Source: Phoronis australis (Eukaryota > Animalia > Phoronida). Taken from it: a DNA stretch of 32,567 nucleotides. The DNA lies in assembly GCA_002633005.1 (NCBI GenBank), contig NMRA01000073.1, forward strand, positions 981,310 to 1,013,876, given 5' to 3'. This document shows, piece after piece, positions 1-12,604 of the stretch; the first letter of the stretch is position 1; every line of letters begins with the position of its first letter. The position numbers and the translations under genes are program-made. The notes below the pieces were generated by a model. That model did not search any database. It saw nothing but the letters and a program-made list of their open reading frames with translations, and had not been told where the DNA came from.

Positions 1-13
1 AAGTTGACATTTT

Positions 14-217
14 GTCCGTTGACCGTGTTTGGCGGTCCGTTAACCGTGTTTCCTCGTGAATATGAGTCCGTGTCCCGTGTATTTGGGTGCGTGGATCGTG
101 TTTTGTGAGTCCGTTCCCGTGTTTGTGAGTCAGTGGACGGTGTTTGCCGGTCCGTGAGTCGTGTTCATGCGTCCGTTCCCGTGTTTTTGAGTCCGTTGAC
201 CGTGTAGTTTAGGTACC
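14..217. repeat. Degenerate ~21-bp tandem array (ccgtgtttgtgagtccgttga), likely a transposon subterminal region
   Basis: About 9 imperfect units of cgtgttt..gagtccgt, ending in cgtgtagtttaggtacc. May continue beyond the window start. Confidence 0.75.
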
Positions 218-686
218 TTGTCATTGTTTTACGCTCCTTGGCTAACGACTGAGTGATTGAAATGGATTTCGTGATTGAAATGGAATTCCTGATTTTCGAC
301 AATCCTCGAGTTCCTACCAGTCACCTGTTCCTTAATTGAAAACAAGCACACTGAGTTGGCTCCGTCTCAGTTGCGCGGGTTAGCTATAGTTATCGTTAGT
401 ATCGCTTTTTGAAAGTGGTTGTGCAATACCGCTTTTAGGTTTAGAGTGTGCCATTGTTTAAAATTTTTGGTAGTGGAACAGAAATGTATGTATTCGAAAA
501 TTGAATTTCGCGGTTCGTGTCAACAGATCTCAACTCTATGTCTACTCGCTCCGCCGTCTTTCCTGAAGTCCTGCTGTACAAATATTGATCGACAAGAGAG
601 CGTTCGGAAGACGAAGTTTCTTACGAGAAAAGCTAGATGTCGCAAGCTAGATCATGCGAGTGAAAGACAAGTGCTGCGCTACGTTC

Positions 687-924
687 CATGCGCGCACGCA
701 GCCTAAAGTATAGGGGGTCTCGAATTTTTCAGTATGTGGACCTTTTTACTGAAAGAAAATACGTTGACTAAAAAAACGGGATGCTACGTTCAGACCTGTA
801 CATTCGCGCCGAATTTCTGTGGACTTTTGTCTCGTTTTCTCGGACTTTGTGTTTCTCTGAGGCGGACCTTTTTGCCTACTTCGCCAAATGAGCCCCCCCC
901 CCCCCACCTCCGGGTGCGCTCATG
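687..924 (+). mobile_element. MITE family A, copy 1 (TIR CATGCGCGCACCCAG)
   Basis: Ends catgcgcgcacgcag ... cgggtgcgctcatg. Flanks cgttc/cattc form a 5-bp target duplication with one mismatch. The body aligns with 26582-26845. Confidence 0.85.
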
Positions 925-1789
925 CATTCCACGGTCATTTGATTGTCCCATGTAAGTGTACAAGGAAGTGTGAGCTGTTTAAGCCTATATTTTTAAATAT
1001 ATCGGATAGATTGTCAAAATGTTGCAATTATGCCATTCCCAGTTCCTTCAGGATTTTGCAAAGCTCCTTTTCTTCCTGAGAACCTCCTAAATACTAATTT
1101 TAGAACGCATTTAAAAATTTTGATAATTTTAATATTAATCCGGTGATTTGTAAAGCAAATGTCTACACTGCGTAATAGGTCGAGGTACAACCAACAGATG
1201 TTGCATAACTCCAAGTATCACACTTGGCCTCTGGAGAAAATTGGACTGTGAGGTGATAACAGGGCTCTCGCGAATGTAGCTCAGATGTTTCGTGCAAGGC
1301 GGCCTGTTATGTGGCCTGTGTATGTCTGAAGCACCAAAAAAGACGTCTGACTGTGTGCATTCTTTTTTCTTATTGAGTGGCATTGAGTTTTGGACGGGTC
1401 TAACTAGTTTGGCAAATTTGTTTTTTGCTTGAGCCTCAATGTCTTGCAAGTTCTTTGTATTTTTATGAGTTTTGATATATGTATGTTCCAGTTGATGAGA
1501 ATACGCCTGATGTTGGTTTTGAGACGAGTCTGACTACTATGGCGCCCTCCAGTGATAAGTTTCTATGGAGGTGACAGTACATTTATTGTTTCCCCTAGTG
1601 ATCTCTCTATAGAATATTACGTGATTCTAATAAATACTGTTAGAATCATACGGTGTGCGGTGCAGTCGTGGACGCATTACTTCTTCTATGTCATTCCATC
1701 GGCAAAAAAGGCGATGTTGAAAGAGATTTTTATTTTTAGGCCATTGACAATTTTTACCCGAAATTAAGGAATCCAAAATTCGCATAGTG

Positions 1790-2056
1790 CAAGCGTGCAC
1801 CCAGGGATGTTGGCTTGGGAGGCTCGAACGAGCCCCCCCCCCTCCCATTTGGGGAAGTGTACAAAAAGGTCCGCCTCAGAGAAACAAAAACTCCGAAAAA
1901 GTAGAAAACGAGAAGAAAGTTCACTAAAAATGCAAGAACTATCAAAATTCGGCGAATTCACAATTCATAGGTATGAACATACCCCGTGAATCTTAGTAAA
2001 AGGTTTACATTCTCAAAAATTCGATGCACCCCATTTTTAGGTAGGATGCGGACATG
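1790..2056 (-). mobile_element. MITE family A, copy 2 (inverted, more diverged)
   Basis: caagcgtgcacccaggg ... taggatgcggacatg. Internal aaaaaggtccgcctcagagaaaca is the reverse complement of the copy 1 body. Flanks atagtg/ttagtg. Confidence 0.8.
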
Positions 2057-4703
2057 TTAGTGTGATGTCATAATATTTGCATTGAGCCAATGAAAGGCTA
2101 CGTTTAATTTGACAGCGATATTGCCTTCGGTCGGACCAAGGCATTGAATAGTCGTGGTGATTCGCGAATAGGCTCAACGTGAGTGCAAGCATTCGAATCT
2201 CCAAAAGGAGATGGGGTGAAGGAGAACGCAATTTGAACAAATGTCCAATCTCCCACGATTTTAAGCAACACGCTTTTATTGGCATCAAAAGTCGCGTAGG
2301 CCTACATCCAGGGGCGACTCAAAACTAGTTTTCGACGTTTGAGAAGTGTCAAATGTAATTTGACCAAAATCCTCTGAAACGTGAGCGTTCAGCCAGATTA
2401 GACGAAAGGTCTATCGACCTGTTCCCTGAGGAAAGCCATTCCAGATTTCTCTTGCCTAGAAACTGCTTCCTTGCCACTCCAGGTTTGCAATTATCGCAAA
2501 GATGGTGCTGTTGTTATTATTCACATGAATGAACGGTTTTGAAATTACACAGGTTTCTCGCATTTAGTCCACCGGCCAAAATAATCTATGACCACACCCA
2601 AAATAATCTATGAGCCAACACTTCGCAAACAGCCCTACAGCCTCTCATTGTTTTTGAGCAGTTAGTGTCAGTTGGGAACAAGAAGTACTTCTTCAACACG
2701 AGTTCTCGTCGAGAACTTGTAAACCTACATGTAGGCCTACCACATACTCAGGAGGTACATTAAAGTCCTGCAGTGGAAGCACACGTTTCTAACCCTTATT
2801 AAACGGTTAGAAGACATTGTAAGGAACCACGCAATACTTATCCCATAACCAATACACGATCCGTACGTCGAAGAAAGTTTACTCACGATTCCGACCCGAA
2901 TATCACACCGCCATCATTTTGAACTAATCGCGGTACCGGAAGTACAATTCATTCAGGAACCCTGGCTCAGTACACGCCGCCTGTGAGACTGGAGCAGTGT
3001 CTGTTACCAGCCTGCAAACGGGGATAAAATAATCGACAGCGGACCTCAACTTTAATAAAACCAAAATAAAGACAATTTGTTCTGAAAATGCTGCCAAAAT
3101 ATGGCAAAATAAATTTTGACAGAAATTATTTTGCCGGCCAGGCTCAGACCTGGCAGCCGATGAACCTGTGCAGACCGATCGAGACCACTCGAACTGACAA
3201 AACACGAAGGCATGCCATCTCCGGCTGTTTTATTGGAATAAATGATTCAAATCATGAATGCCGTATACATACAAAGATAGTTTCCGACACTCGTATAAAA
3301 TTACGGACTAGTAACAATCCTTCGCCAACGATTGAATAACAACCGGAGCCGACTATGGCGCATGAGTCTATACAGGCTAAGCGTGTTTTACTGGGTTTAA
3401 TTAACTCTGGTAAACAAACAGTATAAATAGAACAACGAACATGTAACACCAATAAATAAAATTGCTATTCAGTTAGAATATCATGACAGTTAAACTTGCG
3501 AATATATGGAAAATAAATTTAGACTCGACTTAATTCGCTACAGCTGGGCGGCTGACGAATACCATTTGGTGGCGAAATAACTTCAGGTAGAAAACTTGCC
3601 GTGGTGCCAAAGTGGTATGATATAAGTATTAAAAAGTTTAAAGTAAAAGGAGTAGTTCCCACTTAGCCAGAAACATTCGTATAGGCTGCTAGCCGGCGAA
3701 GCCGTACCCAGCCTGGCCCGGTGCCCACCGGGTGCGCCGGCGGACATCTGTGCTCCGCAGGGCAAGATGAAAACATTAATAAGCTACCTGGCACTGAATG
3801 AGTGAAATTCCTGTGACAAAGCGATTGAAAAATACTGCGTCATGCTCCTAACACGCAATATATTCCCATCGCCGACATTCAGCTCATTGACTAAAATTCA
3901 CTACACTCCCTCCGCTCCGGTTTGCGGCGCGGAATTTTTTTATTTAGACAACATTGAGATGTATATATAGTAAGTTTGTTTTTGTGAGGTTTTAAAATAT
4001 ATCATCCCTAATAATTGAAAATCAAAGCCACTATAGCAAGTGGTTATCAGTTCCCGGCGAAGAGTCACGGCGACTGCACGCCGGGGAATTACTTTACCGA
4101 TTACAGTGTCCTGGCAGACAAAATCAAGCACAGATGTGGAGCTCGCTGTTTTGAGATAAAACTTGTTTTTGTTTGTCGAAACATCGCCGTATGTGGATGT
4201 TTCTTTCTGTTTTACATTTTTAAACGGCCAGTAAAGCCGGTGACGATTTACTGCCAATTAGTGAATTAGGCCCTATACGCACTGCGCTCACGTCTCCGGG
4301 TAGTCATCGTGACACGGCAATTGCTCAATTCAGGCTGGTACTTTGAATCAATTTCAAAATATGGCGAGAAAAATAAGACATTTGTTGATCAAGAAACTTT
4401 TTTCCTCTAATTTATTACCTAAACGGTTGCTAATTTGACGTACCCTCGATCGCGATGAGTCAGGGCTGACCTCAATATAGTAGCCAAGCGTTGGCCGCAC
4501 GCCGGAGACAGCGACGTACGGTACTTCACAAACATGATTTTGCATTTAATACCATATGCAAAGAACAGGTAAAATTAGGACAATAGTCAAGTTTATATAA
4601 AAAGGACCAAAATGCGAATCAAAAACAACCAAACAAAGTAACAACTTTACGCTCACGGTGATGTCAATACGTTTTCAATGAGGACAACATGGCTGGTTTT
4701 CAG

Positions 4704-4815
4704 GCGTGCGTTCAGTAACGCTAGGACCTACCTAAAATCTAATCAAAGTCATTTGTTCTTATAATATTCAAAATACACGGCAATATCTCACGTAATCCCG
4801 CGAAGTCTTGCGAAT
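4704..4815. mobile_element. MITE family E, truncated second copy
   Basis: gcgtgcgttcagtaacgctaggaccta and aaatacacggcaatat.tcacgtaatc.cgcgaagtcttgc are shared with 18090-18204. Preceded by cag; the right TIR is missing. Confidence 0.8.
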
Positions 4816-4829
4816 TGCTCTGACTAGCA

Positions 4830-4971
4830 TATGCGCGCACCCAGGGTAGCTCGGGGAGCGAATGCACAATGAATAGGCCTCGAATAAACCCCGTTTTTTT
4901 AGTAATAAGGTCCACAAATCCAAAGGTTCGAGACTCCTGAATCCCTGCATTTTAGGCTGGGCGCGCGCATG
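4830..4971 (-). mobile_element. MITE family A, copy 3 (internally deleted)
   Basis: tatgcgcgcacccaggg ... aaccccgttttttt..aaggtccaca ... ttttaggctgggcgcgcgcatg. No target duplication visible. Confidence 0.75.
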
Positions 4972-4989
4972 AGGCGAAATTTTGCTTAT

Positions 4990-5034
4990 TCCTGTGCCCT
5001 GTCCCCCCAACTCAAAATCCTGGGTCCGCCCCTG
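4990..5034. mobile_element. MITE family B terminal fragment
   Basis: ccccaactcaaaatcctgggtccgcccctg matches 11121-11150 with one mismatch. Confidence 0.75.
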
Positions 5035-8000
5035 CATAGTAATCGAACAGCAAAAAACTTGTGGCGAAAAACATGAGCAGATGGATATAGTGGTGTTAGA
5101 ACCAGTGTGGTCACGTGGTTCTATCCCAACTCACTGATTGGCTGGTCTCCAGGTGGCTGGTATTGATTTGTAAAGTGGACGGAAGCTGAGAAGGAATAAA
5201 CAGTTTTCTGGTGAAAGTAGTACAGAGAGTGGAGAAAGCGATATTAATGGTTGATCTGAATGGAGCCTAAATCTCCTTAATTGCTCAAGTATCTGTAATC
5301 TTTATCCATGGTTGCTCGTAAGACATATATGACATATAATTCTGAATACCTGCATTTGCAAGTATTTTAGTGGCAGTTTGTCAATGAAGACTCAGAGCTA
5401 ATTTGTAGTCAGCTGCACGACTAAGGAAAACCAAAGCGGAAAAAGATTCAAGGCACAAATATTCTATTCACGAAATAAAATCTCTGCAAGACCAAAAAAA
5501 TAAACTCAAAACCATATTTATCACTCTGCAACCTATCGAATGGCCATTCTACGATGACCTTAGGGGCCACCCACAGCAGTCATTTTAGGCATACTATAGC
5601 ATCGAATAACGGGAAGGGAGTAGCTGAGTGCATCGCGGCCACGGGAGATTGTCTCGATCTTTTCAGAGCACACCCTCTCGTATGTTAGTTTGTTCGTGTA
5701 CGTTACATAAGCTCCCGTGAATACCGTTAAGTTGAACTAGTGGATCAGATAAGGATATATTCTGAAATACTGCTTATTCATTGACATTGTCATTGCATAA
5801 TACACTGGCACACCTGTCACTACTAACAGAAGTTAGGAGCATAAAAATACAGTCAATGGTCCTGAACACGCAAACATTAGTCTAGCAATAGTTTTATAAC
5901 GACTGACATAATCGCTTTTGGCGGTGCCTTTCAGCATTACCTTTGACTGCCGTCGACCCCAACATACAGTCACGGAGTATTCAATTACCGTATTTCGGAG
6001 GTTGCAAGTTGCTGTGAAATTATGATTATACCCACTCATTTGTATAATCAGCAAGATAAAACCTCATCCTTTTGTGAGTTGTTACAGTCATTAAAACTGA
6101 CCCATTTTGGCTAAAGCCTCAATGAAAGAGTCAACTTTTCTGATAACATAAATACACAAAGTTATTATTTACAGGGAATTGAATTTCAGCAAAAAGCTCT
6201 CTGGGCTGTATTCTTTTTAACTCAACAAACCTCAGTAGTATATGAAACATTCAGTAGTTTTGGTGCAAAAATGAATCATGTTATACAGTTCCAACTAAAA
6301 AATAAATATTTTTGTGTGGAATTTGTTTGGAAATTCACCCTTTCATGGTGACTTTTGCAATGCATGAGTCTGGTCAGAGTGGCACATTTGGTCACATGCA
6401 ATCTATACAAGCTCCTCTCTCTCTCTCTTAGACACCGACTTGTCGTCTGTTTCATTTTTTGCTTTCCACGTTCACATGATGTCAAGTGTTGCAGTTTGCA
6501 ACAATCATCTGTTAATTTCAGTCTAATTGCAAAACAATGTCTCAGAACTATTGTAAAACATTCCGGAACTACTAAGGTTCGCTGTAACCAAAGCATTCTA
6601 GAGTTAGACATTGTAAGCAAGCGGATTTAAAAACCTGGTCTGTTGAAATGACTTGTTTCAAAAATATCTCATATTTCAAAATTGGGAGCTCAGGGTACTT
6701 CAAAGATTTTAAGTTGGGTCACTTAACCCAAATTGACGGTTTCGTGTGTATTAGATGGGTTGGATTGTTATCCAGGCAATAGTCACTCACTGGCAATCCG
6801 AATTTTGAGAAAACGTTTTAATGTCTGCTATTCAGTGAAAAACAGGTTCCTGTTATGCAGTTGAAAACACTGGTTCTCAAATTGGGGGTCCCCAGTATGT
6901 GACTATTACCATTATGTTTTGCTCAGTGTTTTGAGCAACATGCTAGTGTGTCATTCTTGTGGTTAGGATCTACATAATGCAACACAGTGATTTTAGTCAA
7001 CATTTCGGTCTTTTCGAACAGTTTTTCGAAATTACAAATTTGACTCTTATTGAGGGGGCTTCCTCGTGGCAAGAGTGGGCAGTGTAAATTGTTTCAGAAC
7101 ATTTGCACTGTCAAACACCCTCACGTTGACTCAAAATTAAAAACCGTGACGTGATTTATGTGTTCCTAGAAATATTACACTCATAGGCTACAAATCACAC
7201 AACATGTCAAGAAATTTGTCTAACCATTGGGAAATTTATTTTGCTGATGTATTGATTAGAAATACGGTTTAGTTTAGGGATAGACTGAAGTACTATGTCT
7301 GGGCATTAACATAGCTGTGGGGCGCACAACAGGGCTACGTCCTCTTCATTGCAGACCTTTCCCCTGATAGAAGCTCATTCCAGTTTTGTGCTTGCCTAGC
7401 TCCCCTGTCCCTGTCCCCTGTTCATGCAGTGCCTCCAGGTTGCCTCTCATTACAATCACAATCATTGGTCGCCAACAATTTCAAGTTGGCAACCTTTGTT
7501 GAATAATTCTGACTACACCAGTTGTGTTGGGGGAATAAGTTATTAAAGACCCGACTGCCATTCAAGTTGCACATTCACTGCCTTGTGGAAGCATAGAACA
7601 TTATGAAAGTAACACCTGGGCCCTGGGTTTCAACTTTTTACTCGAGATTATTTTTTATTATTTTCTGATTCTACTTTTGTTTGAACTCGAGATAAGTTTC
7701 TTTTATTCTATGTGCTTATTGATGGCAATTAATGATCCCAGCATTAGAGCTAAGAGTTCGAGTCTGAGTTCGAGGTTTTGCTAGAAATCTTCGGTTTTTA
7801 CTCAAATTTTAGCTCGAATCTAGTGGTCATTAAGTACTATCTTGAACTTGCGAAGTGGAGTGGAAGTGACAAAAACAATTTCGAGTTCAATTTGGATTGA
7901 AAGCATCACTCTTGAGGTGTATTCCCAAAACATGGTCACATGATCCCTTCTCAGGGCTAGAATCTGTTTAGCCCAAAAAAGCATTTTTAATAGGATACCT

Positions 8001-8631
8001 GTATTTTTAAAACTTTGGGCACCAGACTCATTTTTGACAACAGAATCTCTGAGCCGACTTCTTCAAGCTTAAGGAGTGAAAAAGACAGCTGTCCAAGAAT
8101 TACTACGGAAGGATTCAGTTGTTAGCATTAACCCTTATAAAAAGATTGTGCATTTGTAACATTAGGCTACAATTTCATTGAACTCCAAACCTCGGACCAC
8201 TAACCTAATGTTTTTAGCCACTGTCTAAAAGATTCTTCTAGTACCAGATTATGCATAAAACTAAAGCTTAGGGCCCATTTGGGACACCTCTCGGGTATTT
8301 TCGTAGCTACAAATTTACCCTCGGAACATTTAGAGCACCTCGTGATTTTCAGTCTTAAGAATGATATGCTAACTGAAGTCTGCACACTTGCACAAAGCGT
8401 TCACCTATTAGGTGAAATTTGAGGTTACGAAATCACCCGAGGAGTTCTGGATGTCCTTGGAAGTAATTGTTTTCAGTGCATGCTCGAACTTTGGTCATTA
8501 TGGCCAATTGTTCTCCACTAAGTTTGAAAGTCAACGCATGTTAAATTCACCAAGGTGATCTGAATATGCTTTAGGACCCTCAAGTCGTGCGGGATCTCAC
8601 TTCAAAGAGGGAAATGGGAAGAAAATATTAT

Positions 8632-10847
8632 CGGGCAAATCACAATCAAGGTCCATATTCGGTGGCCACGTCTGGTGAAAAATGAAGGTTATCATATAAC
8701 TGTAAAAGTTGGGTTATTTTAAAGCACCAGCATTTCAGGTTTGTAATCTAAAATATTTTTGCACAAGAACCACCGAATAAAATTTTATGGCCTAATGCAT
8801 CGCAGTTGTATAAAAGGGCACGTACACTACAACTTGTGGTCACAACCCACTTCTACCATGCAAAAATTCATAAGGTAGCTGTTAATTTATTAAGTTCTTG
8901 ATCAAATTGAAAGTATGAAAAGTTATTACCATGCTGATCAAGTTGTTCTAGATGATGATACGTTGCATATCTTAACACAGTATAAAGAGAACTTCCTCTC
9001 TTGCAATATGATTCTTACAAAAAGAAAATGACAAGTAACTACTTTTTCAAAAACTTTATTGGTGCTAATTGCCTAGTTTTCAATACATTCGCCAGTTGGT
9101 CAAAATAGTTAAAGCAATGCTAGTACCAGTGCTCCACTTGTAAGTTACAAATGTATGGGATGCTCTCAAGTTTTGTGCTGCCTCTACTTGTTGTTTTGTT
9201 GCTAGTTGTCTTGAGAGATAGAGAACCTACCTCTGCAACATCAATTGTCACATGATATGTCTTCTAGGATGTTTTAACATCCTAAAAGTACTAGCCAATA
9301 CCTGTGTGGCATTCTATTGCCCACAAATTTGATAATGTCCATTGTTTTTTTTTTGGTCAGACTGGATGCATTTTGGAAATATCAGTATTGCTCATGAGAA
9401 CAGCAGTATGTAAAAATACTTGTGGGCAATACTTTATAGCATAGAGGTTGAAGGTACGTACACTACACATGGGTACGTACACTACATTTCAATGATTTGT
9501 TAGGTTTATAAAAATACTTAGAATCTACTGAGAATTAGTTCATTTACCAAATCTATTCATTAGAGAACAAATAAAAATTACAGCATACATGTGTATATCT
9601 GTCTGTCATAGGGGTACGTACATTACACAAATGCTAATATTTCATTCAAAACAATGGTATTTGTAATTAACATCCTTTTAACCTTGCAATATTTTTAATG
9701 AAGGAAACTGTCTGTGACAAATGTTGCTTACTTACCGTTTAATATTTTTGCTTCATGGCATTTATTCACATCAGGGTACGTACACTACATTTCAATGACA
9801 TGTCAGGTTTGTAACTAAATACTAAGAACCTACTGAGAGTTAGTTGATTTACTAAATTAATTCAAGGAGAAAAAATAAAAAGCACAGCATTCATGTGCAT
9901 ATCTGACGTACTTTGAAAATAGGTACAAATTAAAATATAGGGGTACGTACACTACACAAATGCTAATATTTCGCTCAAAACAAATGTAATTGTAATAAAC
10001 GCCCTTTTAACCTAACATATTTGAGGAAGGAAACTGTCTATGACCAGTGTTGCTCACTTACCAAGTGATATTTTAATTTCATGGCATATGTAAACATGGG
10101 GGTACCGTACACTACATCACTGTTTCTGCATCGCATGGTAACATGTTGTATGGCCATTAATTTTTCTTTGATGATAATAAGTACCATGTTGTTATTTAAA
10201 AGGCAATAATTTCATTTGCAATGACCATTTGTGTTACTGAATTCCACATGGGGGTACGTACACTACATTTTGTTAGCCTTTTTGGCCCATTTTCACCATA
10301 GCAGAACCCAGTCAATATCCAAACTTTTGGTTTGTTTAAATATAGTTGCCTAGGCTAACATATTCTACAGTTCTTTTTATTACAGAATGTAAACTTTAGT
10401 TTTTAACCCTCTTTACAGTAGGGGATTGTTAGAAACGCAGAATTCACAAATTTCGTAACGAGTGCCTGTTTTATGATGAACCCTACCATTTCTCAATGAT
10501 TAAGCACAACTTCATCTAAATGATTCTGAAAGTGGCTCAAGTTATTCCCAGTCATATCAAAGCAATTGCTTACTTGATAAAATGAATTTCTTTTCTACTG
10601 TTGACAGTTGGAATTAGTATTTTTAAAATGGCCACTCGTAACGCTAAAAATGCATGAAATTCATAGACAAAAACATGCATAAAATTTTCAAACATTGTCC
10701 GATTTTGATGATTCTTTTTTTAATTTGCACAACTAAATAATTCTTTGCATATGAGATTCAGTTGGCATTTGGTAAGTGACCAAAAAAATTATTTTAGACT
10801 TTAACACAGTCAACTCTCGAATATGGACCTTGATTGTGATTTAGCCG
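8632..10847. mobile_element. 2.2-kb non-autonomous DNA transposon with terminal inverted repeats
   Basis: Perfect 25-bp inverted repeat aaatcacaatcaaggtccatattcg (8637-8661) / cgaatatggaccttgattgtgattt (10818-10842). It extends to 30 bp with 2 mismatches and is flanked by tat on both sides (8629-8631, 10848-10850). No long ORF inside. Confidence 0.85.
9453..10270 (+). repeat. Internal array of GG(G)TACGTACACTACA motifs with a ~300-330-bp tandem duplication
   Basis: Motif near 9453, 9471, 9611, 9774, 9940, 10098 and 10250, plus a variant at 8816. Segment 9471-9773 resembles 9774-10097 (A-B-A'-B' organisation). Confidence 0.9.
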
Positions 10848-10985
10848 TATGGCAACTAGGGGAGGATTGTAGCTCCAGAATTGTGGCTACCTGGAGGGTC
10901 GAAAATTGTGGTGTTCCAGGGAATGAATACTGTAGGCCACGAGGTGTGGAAACTGGGCGCCAGGTGTGTCTACTGTAACACTGTA

Positions 10986-11150
10986 CAGTGACAGATTTAA
11001 GGGGGGGGGGGGCACCAACAGAAGGAGGCCATGGCTCTGCCTAATGCTCTCCCAGATTCCATTTGGAAGTTTGGGGGTGCGAATGTCTGACGGGCATAAT
11101 ACTCTGCCCCTGCCCCCTTCCCCCAACTCAAAATCCTGGATCCGCCCCTG
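10986..11150. mobile_element. MITE family B (CAGGGGCGGATCCAGG-type termini)
   Basis: Degenerate left end cagtgacagatttaaggggg; right end aaatcctggatccgcccctg. Perfect 5-bp target duplication ctgta/ctgta (10981-10985, 11151-11155). Confidence 0.8.
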
Positions 11151-11178
11151 CTGTAAGAGACCTAAACAATTCATAAAA

Positions 11179-11835
11179 NNNNNNNNNNNNNNNNNNNNNN
11201 NNNNNNNNNNNNNNNNNNNNNNNNNNNNNNNNNNNNNNNNNNNNNNNNNNNNNNNNNNNNNNNNNNNNNNNNNNNNNNNNNNNNNNNNNNNNNNNNNNNN
11301 NNNNNNNNNNNNNNNNNNNNNNNNNNNNNNNNNNNNNNNNNNNNNNNNNNNNNNNNNNNNNNNNNNNNNNNNNNNNNNNNNNNNNNNNNNNNNNNNNNNN
11401 NNNNNNNNNNNNNNNNNNNNNNNNNNNNNNNNNNNNNNNNNNNNNNNNNNNNNNNNNNNNNNNNNNNNNNNNNNNNNNNNNNNNNNNNNNNNNNNNNNNN
11501 NNNNNNNNNNNNNNNNNNNNNNNNNNNNNNNNNNNNNNNNNNNNNNNNNNNNNNNNNNNNNNNNNNNNNNNNNNNNNNNNNNNNNNNNNNNNNNNNNNNN
11601 NNNNNNNNNNNNNNNNNNNNNNNNNNNNNNNNNNNNNNNNNNNNNNNNNNNNNNNNNNNNNNNNNNNNNNNNNNNNNNNNNNNNNNNNNNNNNNNNNNNN
11701 NNNNNNNNNNNNNNNNNNNNNNNNNNNNNNNNNNNNNNNNNNNNNNNNNNNNNNNNNNNNNNNNNNNNNNNNNNNNNNNNNNNNNNNNNNNNNNNNNNNN
11801 NNNNNNNNNNNNNNNNNNNNNNNNNNNNNNNNNNN
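11179..11835. other. Assembly gap (657 N)
   Basis: Continuous N run. Confidence 1.
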
Positions 11836-11859
11836 TCCCTCAGAAAAAACATTGGCCTA

Positions 11860-12060
11860 ACTCTTGGGAGGGAGGGTTACCTTCGTTGTAGGGCAGTTGC
11901 TTTCTTCAGTGTGAAGGGGAGCTGTTTCTTGGGAGAAGGTATGGTGTCTTGGAAGGCCTTGCTTTCTTGTGAGTGGAAGTTCGTTTCTTGGGAGGGGGAA
12001 TACTTTCTTAGGAGGGGAGGTGCTTTCTTAGGAGGGGGGAGTTGCTTTCTTGTCATGGGC
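11860..12060. repeat. Degenerate ~20-bp G-rich minisatellite (gctttcttgggagggggagtt)
   Basis: tttctt(g/a)ggagggg-like units recur about 9 times directly after the assembly gap. Confidence 0.7.
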
Positions 12061-12604
12061 GTGAGCATTTGCACTGGGGGTACTCAAACACTTTCACAAT
12101 GGCACCATATGATTCGCGGTGAAAACATGACAACGAACACGCTTGGTATTAAATTATTAGCTCGTGGTGGAAAAGTTTGGACACCAGCCTTGTTCCATGA
12201 TTGCGTAAGCAGGCGATAAAATTGCGAATTATCAGAAATCGGGTGCGGTGGTTTATTTATATAAGGTTATATGTCCGATAAGAACAGCAAAACTCGTAAG
12301 ATTACGTGGCAATTAGTGGTGTAAGGGACAAATATTTGAACGTTGCTAAACCTCAACTATTTTGGGAGGTGGGTTTCAATATTTTCTTGGAGCCAAAGTC
12401 AAATTCCCTTCCAATTTCATAAAAAATTGGCACCTACTGGACTGGCTGGGTATTTTGAGATTTATTCTGAATGTGGCAGCTATAAATAACCAAATAACAT
12501 TTATTCATTTTAGCCTGCACTTGAAAAAACACAATTTGTAGCCCCTTGACCTATTTTTCGTGCAACCGTGGATGTCCGTAAACACTCTATCATTTCCATG
12601 TGTA

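Noticed and set aside
1014-1500. Minus-strand ORFs (104 aa, 66 aa) with a faint LINE-like NWNIHISKL
   Set aside because: A single short motif with no colinear supporting blocks.
2920-2975. IQEPW peptide resembling a LINE endonuclease motif
   Set aside because: Isolated, followed by stops, with no other endonuclease motifs.
3546-3600. Hammerhead-like core CTGACGA...GAAA
   Set aside because: Stem II closes with a mismatch, stem III is weak and no stem I pairing forms next to a cleavage triplet.
6868-6895. cactggttctcaaattgggggtcc resembling a hAT-Charlie terminus
   Set aside because: Too short; no partner end or target duplication found.
8285-8445. Degenerate inverted repeat (tcgggtattttcgtagctacaaattt / aaatttgaggttacgaaatcacccga)
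   Set aside because: Probably an old MITE, but the ends and target duplication cannot be defined.
9453-10270. Interspaced 16-bp motifs as a CRISPR-like array
   Set aside because: Spacing is irregular and long, the spacers are duplicates of one another, and the array sits inside a TIR element.
10887-12219. 321-aa and 417-aa ORFs
   Set aside because: Artefacts of reading through the N gap; the flanks are MITE and minisatellite sequence.
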